Position numbers and translations under genes: made by a program
Shown here: positions 1 to 13,136 of the stretch, one piece after another
Numbering within the stretch: the first letter of the stretch is position 1
How the letters are laid out: every line of letters starts with the position of its first letter
Notes under the pieces: model-generated
What the model saw: only the letters and a program-made list of their open reading frames with translations
Told to the model about the DNA's origin: nothing
The model's database searches: none
Source: Mustelus asterias
Lineage: Eukaryota
Assembly (NCBI RefSeq): GCF_964213995.1
Contig: NC_135820.1
Span: forward strand, 930,001 to 994,000
DNA length: 64,000 nt
Direction: 5' to 3'

Positions 1-1320
1 GGCAGACAGACTGGGAGGCAGACAGACTGGGAGGCAGACAGACTGGGAGGCAGACAGACTGGGAGGCAGACAGACTGGGAGGCAGACAGACTGGGAGGCA
101 GACAGACTGGGAGGCAGACAGACTGGGAGGCAGACAGACTGGGAGGCAGACAGACTGGGAGGCAGACAGACTGGGAGGCAGACAGACTGGGAGGCAGACA
201 GACTGGGAGGCAGACAGACTGAGAGGCAGACAGGCTGGGAGGCAGACAGACTGGGAGACAGACAGACTGGGAGGCAGACAGACTGGGAGGCAGACAGACT
301 GAGAGGCAGACAGACTGGGAGGCAGACAGACTGGGAGGCAGACAGACTGGGAGGCAGACAGACTGGGAGACAGACATACTGAGAGACAGACAGACTGAGA
401 GGCAGACAGACTGAGAGGCAGACAGACTGAGAGGCAGACAGACTGGGAGGCAGACAGACTGAGAGGCAGACAGACTGAGAGACAGACAGACTGAGAGGCA
501 GACAGACTGAGAGGCAGACAGACTGAGAGACAGACAGACTGAGAGACAGACAGACTGGGAGGCAGACAGACTGAGAGGCAGACAGACTGGGAGGCAGACA
601 GACTGAGAGGCAGACAGACTGAGAGGCAGACAGACTGAGAGGCAGACAGACTGAGAGACAGACAGACTGAGAGGCAGACAGACTGAGAGGCAGACAGACT
701 GAGAGGCAGACAGACTGGGAGGCAGACAGACTGAGAGGCAGACAGACTGGGAGGCAGACAGACTGGGAGGCAGACAGACTGAGAGGCAGACAGACTGAGA
801 GGCAGACAGACTGGGAGGCAGACAGACTGAGAGGCAGACAGACTGAGAGGCAGACAGACTGGGAGGCAGACAGACTGAGAGACAGACAGACTGGGAGACA
901 GACAGACTGGGAGGCAGACAGACTGGGAGGCAGAGAGGCGAAGAGACAGACAGACTGAGAGGCAGATAGACTGGGAGGCAGACAGACTGAGAGACAGACA
1001 GACTGGGAGACAGACAGACTGGGAGGCAGACAGACTGGGAGGCAGACAGACTGGGAGGCAGACAGACTGAGAGGCAGACAGACTGAGAGGCAGACAGACT
1101 GAGAGGCAGACAGACTGAGAGACAGACAGACTGAGAGGCAGACAGACTGAGAGGCAGACAGACTGGGAGACAGACAGACTGGGAGGCAGACAGACTGAGA
1201 GACAGACAGACTGAGAGGCAGACAGACTGGGAGACAGACAGACTGGGAGGCAGACAGACTGGGAGGCAGACAGACTGAGAGGCAGACAGACTGGGAGACA
1301 GACAGACTGGGAGGCAGAGA
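1..1320. repeat. 16-bp minisatellite (GGCAGACAGACTG[G/A]GA)n
   Basis: Direct tandem periodicity running off the window start. Confidence 0.95.
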
Positions 1321-1321
1321 G

Positions 1322-1650
1322 ATTGGAAAAGATTGACAGAAATGGTTCCTGGGATGAGGAACTTCAGTCCGGTGGATGGATGGGAGAAGTTGGGAATGTT
1401 CTCCTGGGGGAGGGAGAAGGTGGAGAGGGAGATTTGATCGAGGTGTTCAAAATCACGAGGGGGCCCGGGACAGATGGAAGGTGATTGGAGACAGAAGCGA
1501 GGGGGACTCGAGGAGAAACTTTTCCACCCAGCGAATGGTGAGGATCGGGGAATCCACGGCCCGAGAGTGTGGGGGAGGCAGATTCAATCGAGGGATTCCA
1601 AAAGGGAACTGGATCGCAATCTGATCAGGAAGAATGTTCCGGGTCACAGG
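1322..1650 (+). mobile_element. Degenerate CR1 LINE 3' ORF2 fragment
   Basis: Remnants of RRxRGDLIEVFKI and FFTQRVV motifs. Confidence 0.65.
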
Positions 1651-1844
1651 GAGAAGGTCAGGGGCGGCGGGGGGGCGGGGGTAGGGGGGGAGGTGGGGGG
1701 GCGCGGTGGGGGTGGGGGGGCACGGTGAGGGGCGTTGCGGGGGGTGGGGAGCACACACACATCCTCCTCAACATAAACAGCTTTCTCCTCTCAGAATTCC
1801 CCAGGCAGGATTCCCGGACACCGAGCGTTCATTCTCCGGGATGA

Positions 1845-2345
1845 GTCTGGCTGACCAGGCCCAGCATTTACCCCCCAATCCCTAACTGGCCCTCGGGAAG
1901 GGGGTGGGTGAGCCGCCATCTTGAACCCGCTGCAGTCCCCGTGTGGTGTAGGTACACCCACTGTGCTGTTAGGGAGGGAGTTCCAGGATTTTGACCCCAG
2001 CGACAGTGAAGGAGCGGCCGATATATTTCCAAGTCGGGATGGTGAGTGACTCGGAGGGGAGCCTCCGGTGGGGGTGTTCCCAGGTATCTGCTGCCCTTGT
2101 CCTTCTCGATGGTAGAGGTGGTGGGTTTGGAAGGTGCTGCCTAAGGAGCCTTGGTGAGTTGCTGCAGTGCATCTTGTAGATGGTACACACGGCTGTCACT
2201 GTGCGTCGGGGGTGGAGGGAGTGAGTGTTTGTGGTTAGCGTGTCGATCGAGCGGGGCTGCTTTGTCCTGGATGGTGTTGAGCTTCTCGAGTGTTGTTGGA
2301 GCCGCACCCATCCAGGCAAGAGGAAGGTGCAGTGCATCTTGTAGG
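1845..2345 (-). mobile_element. LINE family 'B' (CR1/L2-group) 3' fragment
   Basis: Near-identical to 42600-43040; minus-strand [19 protein letters not shown]. Confidence 0.75.
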
Positions 2346-2384
2346 TGGCACCCACGGTTACCATCGGTGGTGGGTGAAATCTAT

Positions 2385-2660
2385 ATTCATTTGTGGGATG
2401 TGGGCATCGCTGGCATTTATTGCACAACCCTAATTGCCCCTTGAACTGAATATCTCACTCGGCCATTTCAGAGGGCAGTTAAGAGTCTTCCACATTGCTG
2501 TGGCTCTGGAGTCACATGTCGGCCAGACCGGGTCAAGACGGCAGATTTCCTTCCCTAAAGGGAACCAGATGGGTTTCTTCCGACAGTCCACAATGGTTTC
2601 ATGGTCAGCAGTAGATTTTTAATTACAGCTTTTCTCGCACTCAACTCAAATCTCACCACC
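2385..2660 (-). mobile_element. SINE fragment, same family as 47345-47640
   Basis: Reverse complement of the cccatctggttc...ggaaatctgcc...atgtgactccagagccacagcaatgtg core. Confidence 0.7.
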
Positions 2661-3001
2661 CTGGAATCAGGAACCGCACCCCCGCCCCCCTCCCCCCCGT
2701 CCACCCCCCACCCCCGCCAGGATTAATGCTACCTTGGTGGAGGTTTCTGGAGTGCTAGCCCAGTGGCAACACCAGCACCCCTGTCTGAAGGAGCTACCGG
2801 TTAGGTGGCTGGAGTTGTCCTGGGAGGCGTTGAATGGGTCGAGTGGATGTACAAACAGGGACGCAGTGCGTCGACGCACTGAAGGAGGGTCTCGGAGGCA
2901 GCAGGTTTGGGGGACTGTGCACAGTGGAGAAACAGGGAAGGGGGGAAGTACATCTACCGACCCCTCCATCAGCTCACTCATCCCTCTTCCAATCTCCACA
3001 G

Positions 3002-3092
3002 GAGGAAGAGAAAGAAAACTCCAAAAGTCAACTGTGATAATGATCCAAGTGTTGTGTACAGTCTGGTGCAGAAAGACCCATCAGCGTCCAAG
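3002..3092 (+). CDS. CD22-like gene cytoplasmic exon (basic cluster plus ITIM VVYSLV)
   Basis: cttccaatctccacag|G acceptor, CCAAG|gtaaga donor; 91 bp, phase 2 to 0. Confidence 0.75.
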
Positions 3093-6000
3093 GTAAGATC
3101 CCAGGAATGGGGCTGGCTTTGATTCCTTGGTGGTTTGACTCCGAGTACAGCGCCCCCAGGGTGTGGGATGACTTCCTGGAGCGATATCGTTAACCGTCAG
3201 CACTGAGTGGGAGTGAAGAGGTGCTCAGAGCAGAACATTGTCCTGGGTCAGTGGCTAACTCCCTCCCCTCAAAGGGGGAAGGCGTCAACTCAATGCCCCC
3301 GCTCCACTCCGCCGCATCATGCTGGAGGTTTAAGATTCCTTATCCAGCGTGACCTGTACAGAATCAGTACTGAGGGAGTGCCGCACTGTCAGAGGGTCAG
3401 TACTGAGGGAGTGCCGCACTGTCAGAGGGTCAGTGCTGAGGGAGTGCCGCACTGTCAGAGGGTCAGTACTGAGGGAGTGCCGCACTGTCAGAGGGTCAGT
3501 GCTGAGGGAGTGCCGCACTGTCAGAGGGTCAGTGCTGAGGGAGTGTCGCACTGTCAGAGGGTCAGTGCTGAGGGAGTGCCGCACTGTCAGAGGGTCAGTG
3601 CTGAGGGAGTGCCGCACTGTCAGAGGGTCAGTACTGAGGGAGTGCCGCACTGTCAGAGGGTCATTACTGAGGGAGTGCCGCACTGTCAGAGGGTCAGTAC
3701 TGAGGAGTGCCGCACTGTCAGAGGGTCAGTGCTGAGGGAGTGCCGCACTGTCAGAGGGTCAGTGCTGAGGGAGTGCCGCACTGTCAGAGGGTCAGTACTG
3801 AGGGTGGGCCGCACTGTCAGAGGGTCAGTACTGAGGGTGTGCCGCACTGTCAGAGGGTCAGTACTGAGGGTGTGCCGCACTGTCAGAGGGTCAGTACTGA
3901 GGGAGTGCCGCACTGTCAGAGGGTCAGTACTGAGGGAGTGCCGCACTGTCAGAGGGTCAGTGAGGGAGTGCCGCACTGTCGGAGGGTCAGTACTGAGGGA
4001 GTGCCGCACTGTCGGAGGGTCAGTGCTGAGGGAGTGCCGCACTGTCAGAGGGTCAGTGCTGAGGGAGTGCCGCACTGTCAGAGGGTCAGTACTGAGGGTG
4101 TGCCGCACTGTCAGAGGGTCAGTACTGAGGGAGTGCCGCACTGTCAGAGGGTCAGTACTGAGGGAGTGCCGCACTGTCAGAGGGTCAGTGAGGGAATGCC
4201 GCACTGTCGGAGGGTCAGTACTGAGGGAGTGCCGCACTGTCGGAGGGTCAGTGCTGAGGGAGTGCCGCACTGTCAGAGGGTCAGTGCTGAGGGAGTGCCG
4301 CACTGTCAGAGGGTCAGTACTGAGGGAGTGCCGCACTGTCAGAGGGTCAGTACTGAGGGAGTGCCGCACTGTCAGAGGGTCAATGCTGAGGGAGTGCCGC
4401 ACTGTCAGAGGGTCAGTACTGAGGGAGTGCCGCACTGTCAGAGGGTCAGTACTGAGGGAGTGCCACACTGTCAGAGGGTCAGTACTGAGGGAGTGCCGCA
4501 CTGTCAGAGGGTCAGTGCTGAGGGAGTGCCGCACTGTCAGAGGGTCAGTGCTGAGGGAGTGCCGCACTGTCAGAGGGTCAGTGCTGAGGGAGTGCCGCAC
4601 TGTCAGAGGGTCAGTGCTGAGGGAGTGCCGCACTGTCAGAGGGTCAGTACTGAGGGAGTGCCGCACTGTCAGAGGGTCAGTACTGAGGGAGTGCCGCACT
4701 GTCAGAGGGTCAGTACTGAGGGAGTGCCACACTATCAGAGGGTCAGTACTGAGGTTGTGCCGCACTGTCAGAGGGTCAGTACTGAGGGAGTGCCGCACTG
4801 TCAGAGGGTCAGTACTGAGGGAGTGCCGCACTGTCAGAGGGTCAGTACTGAGGGAGTGCCGCACTGTCAGAGGGTCAGTGCTGAGGGAGTGCTGCACTGT
4901 CAGAGGGTCAGTGCTGAGGGAGTGCTGCACTGTCAGAGGGTCAGTGCTGAGGGAATGAACCGATGCCTCCACCTGGTGGTGACAAAGTGCATTGTTACCT
5001 CTGAACCACCACCTCCCTGCCACATTCACCCTTTGGGATGTCCCTGATCCTCTGACAGGCAGTGGAGGAAGTTTGGTTTGATTTGTTGGAAGTGGATGGT
5101 CGGTTCTGTAATGTTGGGATTGCTGCAGTCAGCAGGAGTACAGCAAGATCGCTGGGAAGAGTGGGGACGTGTTGGAATGTGTCTGGGACAGCACTGGGGG
5201 AGAGTGGCTGCCCTCACATCCGATCCAGAGAAGGAACCATCATCGATTGCCGACCATTGGGTGGGATTCGTGAGTTATGGATCTCCCGGAGGGGGCGTTC
5301 CCCCTCGTTCGTGGAGGGCAGGATTGTCCCCTGGTGTAGATTGTGGCCATCTCCAGTACAGCCAGTTTTAGGAGCAATGTTGAATCCCTCTGCAGCCTGA
5401 TGGGAGGGGAGGGGATGTGTCAGATTGTAAAAGTGACCAGCTATAAAAGTGGGCCTTGCGTTGGTAACACTCTCCCCCCCCTCACCCCTGAGATCGGGGA
5501 TCAGAACGACATTCGACCTCGAGTCTCACGGAGGAGATATTGGGGAAAAGGCTCAGTGATGGGGATCGGTTTACAAACACGGGAATCAGGAACGGGAGGA
5601 GGCCACTCAGCCCCTCGAGTCTGCTGCCCCATTCAGTAAGATCATGGCTGCTCTGATTGGAACCTCGACCCCACATTCCTGCCGACCCCCTGATAACCTT
5701 TCACCCTGAAAACCTTTCGCTCCCAAAAACCTTTCACCCCCGATAACCTTTCAACACAATAACCTTTCACCCCCGATTACCTTTCAACACAATAACCTTT
5801 CACCCCCGATTACCTTTCACCGCCCGATAACCTTTCACCCCCCGATAACCTTTCACCCCCCGATAACCTTTCACCCCCCCGATAACCTTTCACCCCCCCG
5901 ATAACCTTTCACCCCCCCGATAACCTTTCACCCTCCCGATAACCTTTCACCCCCAATAACCTTTCACCCCCCGATAACCTTTCACCCCCGATAACCTTTC

Positions 6001-9000
6001 ACACCCCCGATAACCTTTCACCCCCGATAACCTTTCACCCCCCCGATAACCTTTCACCCCCCAGATAACCTTTTCACCCCCCCTGATAACCTTTCACCCC
6101 CCGATAACCTTTCACCCCCCCGATAACCTTTCACCCCCCCGATAACCTTTCACCCCTGGTTAATAAAGAATTTTTCTCGCTGCTTTATCGATATTCATTG
6201 ACCCAGACTCCACCACCGCCACGATGGGCTGAAGAGTCTGTTCTGCTCTGTGTGATTCCCTGACACTCTCTGGGGAGGGAGTTCCACTGACTCCACCCTC
6301 TGGGAGAGAACATTTCTCCCGACCTCCCGATTTACTGAGAATTCCCCTATTATTCCCCAGCTGGATAATAAGCTCTCCCACAAGGGTCTGTAAGATGTGT
6401 GACAATGGGAGAGCGAGAGAGACGGGGAGGGAGGGAGAGAGACGGACGGCGGGGGTGGGGGAGGGGGCGGGTGAGGGAGAGAGATGAGCCGCGGAGGGAG
6501 AGAGAGACACACACAGAGAAAGAAAGTCACATGGTGGCCAATGGCAGAACGAATGGAATGGGGAGAGGCTCAAGAGGCCGGAATTGGAGGAGCACAGAGA
6601 TAGGGAGGGGGTGTAGGGGCTGGAGGAGGTTACAGAGATAGGGAGGGGTGCAGGGGCTGGAGGAGGTTACAGAGATAGGGAGGGGGTGTAGGGGCTGGAG
6701 GAGGTTACAGAGATAGGGAGGGGTGCAGGGGCTGGAGGAGGTTACAGAGATAGGGAGGGGTGTAGGGGGCTGGAGGAGGTTACAGAGATAGGGAGGGGTG
6801 TAGGGGGCTGGAGGAGGTTACAGAGATAGGGAGGGGTGTAGGTGTTGGAGGAGGTTACAGAGATAGGGAGGGGTGTAGGGTCTGGAGGAGGTTACAGAGA
6901 TAGGGAGGGGGTGTAGGGGCTGGAGGAGGTTACAGAGATAGGGAGGGGGTGTAGGGGCTGGAGGAGGCTACAGAGGTAGGGAGGGGTGTAGGGGCTGGAG
7001 GAGGTTACAGAGATAGGGAGGGTTGTAGGTGCTGGAGGAGGTTATAGAGATAGGGTGGGACTGTTGGGGCTAGAGGAGGTTACAGAGATAGGAAGGGGTG
7101 CAGGGTCTGGAGGAGGTTACAGAGATAGGGAGGGGGTGTAGGGGCTGGAGGAGGTTACAGAGATAGGGAGGGGGTGTAGGGGCTGGAGGAGGTTACAGAG
7201 CTAGGGAGGGGGTGTAGGGGCTGGAGGAGGTTACAGAGATAGGGAGGGGTGGCAGGTCTGGAGGGGGTCACAGAGATAGGGAGGGGTGGCGGGTCTGGAG
7301 GTGGTTGCAGAGTGGATATTGCAAGTTGTGTATTTTGGCAGGGAATGATGTCTTGTGCAGAGTTGGGTAACACAGGGACATCCAGTAAATCTTGCTTAAC
7401 CTTCTGGCTGTGTGTAAACCTGCAGGATGGGTTTTGAAATGTTTTGCTGGCATTGTGCGTGTTACAAAACAACATTTCAGAGCCACAGTGCCAATTTCAG
7501 GGAAGGAGCAGAATCATCAGGGGTAAACAAGTTCGAGAAACACTCGCAGAGTTTCGGCAGAGGAGTTAGTGAGCATAGCCAGCGTGCGGACTCATTGGAT
7601 AGGCCTTTGAAAGGACTGTCACAGGCTGGATTGGCCCAATGGCCTCCCCCTGGGTTATTTAGATATGGCAGGATGGATACAGAACTGGCTTGGCCATAGA
7701 AGGCAGAGGGTAGCAGGAGAGGGGTGCTTTTCTGAATGGAAGGCTGTGACTAGCGGTGTTCCACAGGGGTCAGTTCTGGGATCTTTGTTGTTTGTGGTAT
7801 ATATAAGTGATTTGGAGGAGGATGTAGCTGGTCTGATTAGTAAGTTCGCAGACGACACAAAAATTGGTGGACTTACGGATAGTGAAGAGGATTGTCAGAG
7901 GATACAGCAAAGTATAGACCAGTTGGAAACTTGGGCGGAGAGATGGCAGATGGAGTTTAATCCGGACAAGTGTGAGATAATGCATTTTGGAAGGTCCAAT
8001 GCATGTAGGAATTATACAGTAAATGGTAGAACCTTTAAGAGTATTGATAGGCAGAGGGATCTGGGTGTACAGGTACACAGGTCACTGAAAGTGGCAACGC
8101 AGGTGGAGAAGGTAGTCAAGAAGGCATACGGCATGCTTGCCTTCATCGGCCGGGGCATTGAGTTTAAAAATTGGCAAGTCATGTTGCAGCTTTATAGAAC
8201 CTTAGTTAGGCCTCATTTAGAATATTGTGTACAAGGAGACGCAGGATGGCGGAATCTCCAGTCCTGGGCCCCAATATTTATCACTCAACCAATGTCACTG
8301 GGAAAAATAGGTGGGCTCCATTGCTGTTAGTGGGATCTTGCTGTGTACCAGTGGGGACATGGCATCGTAACGGAGGAAAGAATTTCCTTCACTCGTGGGG
8401 TGGGGGAGGGGGATGTGAATCTTTGTACCTTCGAGCCTTGGGCCAATTTGTGTTCCATGGGCAATTATCGGGTCACTGTCACAGGACTTCCTGCACAGTA
8501 AGATCCCAGGAACAAGATGATCAAGAACATAGCACAGACCTACTGACAGGGCGGCACTCCCTCAGCACTGACCCTCTGACAGTGCGGCACTCCCTCAGTA
8601 CTGACTCTCTGACAGTGCGGCACTCCCTCAGCACTGACCCTCTGACAGTGCGGCACTCCCTCAGTACTGACCCTCTGACAGTGCGGCACTCCCTCAGTAC
8701 TGACCCTCTGACAGTGCGGCACTCCCTCAGTACTGACCCTCTGACAGTGCGGCACTCCCTCAGTACTGACCCTCTGACAGTGCGGCACTCCCTCAGCACT
8801 GACCCTCTGACAGTGCGGCACTCCCTCAGCACTGACCCTCTGACAGTGCGGCACTCCCTCAGCACTGACCCTCTGACAGTGCGGCACTCCCTCAGTACTG
8901 ACCCTCTGACAGTGCGGCACTCCCTCAGCACTGACCCTCTGACAGTGCGGCACTCCCTCAGTACTGACCCTCTGACAGTGCGGCACTCCCTCAGCACTGA

Positions 9001-10080
9001 CCCTCTGACAGTGCAGCACTCCCTCAGTACTGACCCTCTGACAGTGCGGCACTCCCTCAGTACTTGATTCCATTTGATTGATTATTGTCACACGTATTGG
9101 GATACAGTGAAAAGTATTGTTTCTTGCGCACTATACAGACAAAGCATACCGTTCACAGAGAAGGAAAGGACAGAGTGCAGAATGTAGTGTTACAGTCATA
9201 GCTAGGGTGTAGAGAAAGATCAACTTAATGCGAGGTTGGTCCATTCAAAAGTCTGACGGCAGCAGCAGGGAAGAAGTTGTTCTTGAGTCGGTTGGTGCGT
9301 GATCTCAGACTTTTGTATCTTTTTCCCGACGGAAGAAGGTGGAAGAGAGAATGTCCGGGGTGCGTGGGGTCCTTAATTATGCCGGCTGCTTTTCCCGAGG
9401 CAGCGGGAAGTGTAGACAGAGTCAATGGATGGGAGGCTGGTTTGCGTGATGGGACTGGGCTACATTCACGACCTTTTGTAGTTCCTTGCGGTCTTGGGCA
9501 GAGCAGGAGCCCAGACCAAGCTGTGATACACCCAGAAAGAATGCTTTCTATGGAGCATCTGTAAAAGTTGGTGAGAGTAGTAGCGGACATGCCAAATTTC
9601 CTTAGTCTTCTGAGAAAGTAGAGGCGTTGGTGGGGCTTTCTTAACTATAGTGTCGGCATGGGGGGGACCAGGACAGGTTGTTGGTGATCTGGACACTTAA
9701 AAACTTGAAGCTCTCGACCCTTTCTACTTTGTTTCCGTTGATGTCGACAGGAGCATGTTCTCCTTTACGCTTCCCGAAGTCGATGACAATCTCCTTCGTT
9801 TTGTTGACATTGAGGGAGAGATTATTGTTGCTGCACCAGTTCACCAGATTCTCTATCTCATTCCTGTACTCTCCCACTCAGTGAGTTTCTCCGTTCTGCC
9901 TCCTCTCAGCCTCAGGCCAGTGATGACTATGAAAACGTGGGGAATTTGTTCAAAGGTGTTGCTGAATCCAGCGATGACGAAGTGAATTACACCTCGATCG
10001 TTCACATCAACCAGCCCGGGAAACGCATTCAGCGGCAGGACAGCATGGAGAGCACCGAGTACACCGATATCAGGTTCTGA
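3002..10080 (+). CDS. 3' end of a CD22-like (Siglec-2-like) receptor gene: join 3002-3092, 9910-10080; upstream exons lie before the window
   Basis: Spliced tail RRKRKKTPKVNCDNDPSVVYSLVQKDPSASK-PQASDDYENVGNLFKGVAESSDDEVNYTSIVHINQPGKRIQRQDSMESTEYTDIRF*. The order ITIM, YENV, ITIM, terminal Tyr motif mirrors the CD22 tail. Confidence 0.78.
3364..4955 (+). repeat. 33-bp minisatellite (GAGGGAGTGCCGCACTGTCAGAGGGTCAGT[A/G]CT)n, DeuSINE-derived
   Basis: About 48 tandem units. Confidence 0.95.
5585..6400 (-). mobile_element. CR1 3' end containing an internal (CCCCGATAACCTTTCA)n expansion at about 5690-6155
   Basis: ggccactcagcccctcgag...aagatcatggctg CR1 tail on the left; CR1-like sequence resumes at about 6157. 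Confidence 0.7.
6594..7290. repeat. 37-bp minisatellite (GGAGGAGGTTACAGAGATAGGGAGGGGTGTAGGGGCT)n in an L2 remnant
   Basis: Tandem units preceded by antisense L2 3' sequence (ctcaagaggccggaattggaggag). Confidence 0.92.
7655..8232 (+). mobile_element. CR1 LINE RT fragment
   Basis: ORF 7665-8330: [38 protein letters not shown]. Confidence 0.92.
8543..9063 (-). repeat. 33-bp DeuSINE-derived minisatellite, inverted
   Basis: Reverse complement of the 3364-4955 unit. Confidence 0.95.
9064..9872 (-). mobile_element. Rex1/Babar-type LINE, 5'-truncated
   Basis: [48 protein letters not shown]; (TTGAT)-type tail at 9064. Confidence 0.8.
9910..10080 (+). CDS. CD22-like gene terminal coding exon (DYENV, VNYTSI, TEYTDI)
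   Basis: ttctgcctcctctcag|CCT acceptor (in-frame alternative cag| at 9916); 57 codons ending in TGA at 10078-10080. Confidence 0.82.
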   Translation, partial: PQASDDYENVGNLFKGVAESSDDEVNYTSIVHINQPGKRIQRQDSMESTEYTDIRF

Positions 10081-11032
10081 CCCATCCAGGTAACTCACTC
10101 CACACAACGCCCTGGCTCACAGTGAGACCACGTCACTGCGCAGGCTGCCAGGGAATCTAACCAGGACCCACGCTACTGTCGCACCTCCAACCGCACAAAC
10201 CCTCAGCTGCTTCACAGGGAAAATGGCCAGAACCTCTCAGACACAAGACACAAGGAGATACTGGCGGCAGGACCACAGAAACCCAGCCAGAGANNNNNNN
10301 NNNNNNNNNNNNNNNNNNNNNNNNNNNNNNNNNNNNNNNNNNNNNNNNNNNNNNNNNNNNNNNNNNNNNNNNNNNNNNNNNNNNNNNNNNNNNNNNNNNN
10401 NNNNNNNNNNNNNNNNNNNNNNNNNNNNNNNNNNNNNNNNNNNNNNNNNNNNNNNNNNNNNNNNNNNNNNNNNNNNNNNNNNNNNNNNNNNNNNNNNNNN
10501 NNNNNNNNNNNNNNNNNNNNNNNNNNNNNNNNNNNNNNNNNNNNNNNNNNNNNNNNNNNNNNNNNNNNNNNNNNNNNNNNNNNNNNNNNNNNNNNNNNNN
10601 NNNNNNNNNNNNNNNNNNNNNNNNNNNNNNNNNNNNNNNNNNNNNNNNNNNNNNNNNNNNNNNNNNNNNNNNNNNNNNNNNNNNNNNNNNNNNNNNNNNN
10701 NNNNNNNNNNNNNNNNNNNNNNNNNNNNNNNNNNNNNNNNNNNNNNNNNNNNNNNNNNNNNNNNNNNNNNNNNNNNNNNNNNNNNNNNNNNNNNNNNNNN
10801 NNNNNNNNNNNNNNNNNNNNNNNNNNNNNNNNNNNNNNNNNNNNNNNNNNNNNNNNNNNNNNNNNNNNNNNNNNNNNNNNNNNNNNNNNNNNNNNNNNNN
10901 NNNNNNNNNNNNNNNNNNNNNNNNNNNNNNNNNNNNNNNNNNNNNNNNNNNNNNNNNNNNNNNNNNNNNNNNNNNNNNNNNNNNNNNNNNNNNNNNNNNN
11001 NNNNNNNNNNNNNNNNNNNNNNNNNNNNNNNN

Positions 11033-11850
11033 TCCAGAGCTTAGGGCCCCCCAGGCAGCTGAAGGCACGGCCGCCAATGGCGGAGCGATGGGAATCGGGG
11101 AATGCTCAAGAGGCCGGAATTGGAGGAGCGCAGAGATCCCGGAGGGGTGTAGGGGCTGGAGGAAGTTACAGAGATAGGGAGGGGGTGTAGGGGCTGGGGG
11201 AGGTTACAGAGATAGGGAGGGGTGTCGGGGCTGGAGGAAGTTACAGAGATAGGGAGGGGGTGTAGGGGCTGGAGGAGGTTACAGAGATAGGGAGGGGTGT
11301 AGGGTCTGGAGGAGGTTACAGAGATAGGGAGGGGTGTAGGGGCTGGAGGAGGTTACAGAGATAGGGAGGGGGTGTAGGGGCGGGAGGAGGGTACAGAGAT
11401 GGGGGGGTGTAGGGGATGGAGGAGGTTACAGAGATAGGTAGGTGTGTAGGGGCTGGAGGAGGTTACAGAGATAGGGAGGGGTGTAGGGGCTGGAGGAGGT
11501 TACAGAGATAGGTAGGTGTGTAGGGGCTGGAGGAGGTTACAGAGATAGGGAGGGGGTGTAGGGGATGGAGGAGGTTACAGAGATAGGGAGGGGTGTAGGG
11601 GCTGGAGGAGGTTACAGAGATAGGGAGGGGTGTAGGGGCTGGAGGAGGTTACAGAGATAGGGAGGGGCTGGAGGAGGTTACAGAGATAGGGAGGGGTGTA
11701 GGGGACTGGTGGAGGTTACAGAGATAGGGAGGGGTGTAGGGGCTGGAGGAGGTTACAGAGATAGGAAGGGGTGTAGGGGCTGGAGGAGGTTACAGAGATA
11801 GGGAGGGGTGTAGGGGCTGGAGGAGGTTACAGAGATAGGGAGGGGGTGTA
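11033..11850. repeat. Antisense L2 3' remnant plus 37-bp minisatellite
   Basis: ggcagctgaaggcacggccgccaatgg L2 segment runs directly into the array. Confidence 0.9.
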
Positions 11851-12383
11851 GGTGGGTGGAGGAGATGAGGGACTCAGGAATAGAAGGATATGGTGTTGGG
11901 GATGAGATGAAGAGAGGGTGTGGGCTGGTGGGAGGGTGGGTATAGCAGCGTAGAGCTGTGGGGCCGAATGGCCTGGTTCTACACTGTAAAAACATGTAAT
12001 TCTCTAACCCTGTTGACTTTCTCTCTCCCCCTCTCCCTCTCTCTCTTCCTCCCTCTCTCTCTCTCCCCCCTCTCTCTCTATCCCCCTCTATCTCTCCCCG
12101 CCCCCTCTCTCTCTCCACCCCCCCCTCTCTCTCCGTCTCTCACACTCTCCCCCTCTCTCTCTCTCCTCCTCCCAGTTATTCCAATCGCTGAGGAGAGAAT
12201 GGTGTGCCTTCAAAGTGTTCGGAACATTCCAGAAAAACACATCCTTCACCCTCAGGTAGCGACAAGCAACGAATGATGAAGAAACAGAACTTCAACTCAG
12301 AGGGCTTCAAATGTCCATAAACTGTTCCCGAAAGAATGACTTACTCTTCAGATATGATTGTATTTTCATCCAATTGTGACTTC

Positions 12384-13038
12384 ACTCAGAGCACTGTGCA
12401 CAGTTCCAGTCTCCATATCCCTCGGTTAGACCCACACTCGGAGCACTGTGCACAGTTCCAGTCTCCATATCCCTCAGTTAGACCCACACTCGGAACACTG
12501 TGCACAGTTCCAGTCTCAGTATCCCTCGGTTAGACCCACACTCGGAGCACTCTGCACAGTTCCAGTCTCCATATCCCTCTGTTAGACCCACACTCGGAAC
12601 ACTGTGCACAGTTCCAGTCTCCATATCCCTCAGTTGGACCCACACTCAGAGCACTGTGCACAGTTCCAGTCTCCGTATCCCTCGGTTAGACCACACTCGG
12701 AACACTGTGCACAGTTCCAGTCTCCCTATCCCTCGGTTAGACCCACACTCGGAGTACTGTGCACAGTTCCAGTCTCCCTATCCCTCGGTTAGACCCACAC
12801 TCGGAGCACTGTGCACAGTTCCAGTCTCCGTATCCCTCGGTTAGACCCACACTCGGAGCACTGTGCACAGTTCCAGTCTCCATATCCCTCGGTTAGACCC
12901 ACACTCGGAGCACTGTGCACAGTTCCAGTCTCCGTATCCCTCGGTTAGACCCACACTCGGAGCACTGTGCACAGTTCCGGTCTCCCTATCCCTCGGTTAG
13001 ACCCACACTCGGAGCACTGTGCACCGTTCCAGTCTCCA
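12384..13038 (+). repeat. 52-bp minisatellite (TATCCCTCGGTTAGACCCACACTCGGAGCACTGTGCACAGTTCCAGTCTCCA)n, CR1-derived
   Basis: Unit corresponds to the CR1 segment encoding VRPHLEHCAQFxSPY. Confidence 0.9.
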
Positions 13039-13136
13039 TCTAAAAGCAAATTACTGCGGATGCTGGAATCTGAAACCAAAAGAGAAAATGCTGGAAAATC
13101 TCAGCGGGTCTGGCAGCATCTGTAAGGAGAGAAAAG

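Noticed and set aside
7300-7400. Possible extra cytoplasmic exon of the CD22-like gene
   Set aside because: AG/GT pairs exist but give no phase-consistent, motif-bearing peptide; 3092 to 9910 already joins in frame.
10157-11077. ORFs containing long X runs (also at 16.0k, 29.3k, 39.5k, 57.4k, 60.1k)
   Set aside because: Artefacts of translating N-runs.
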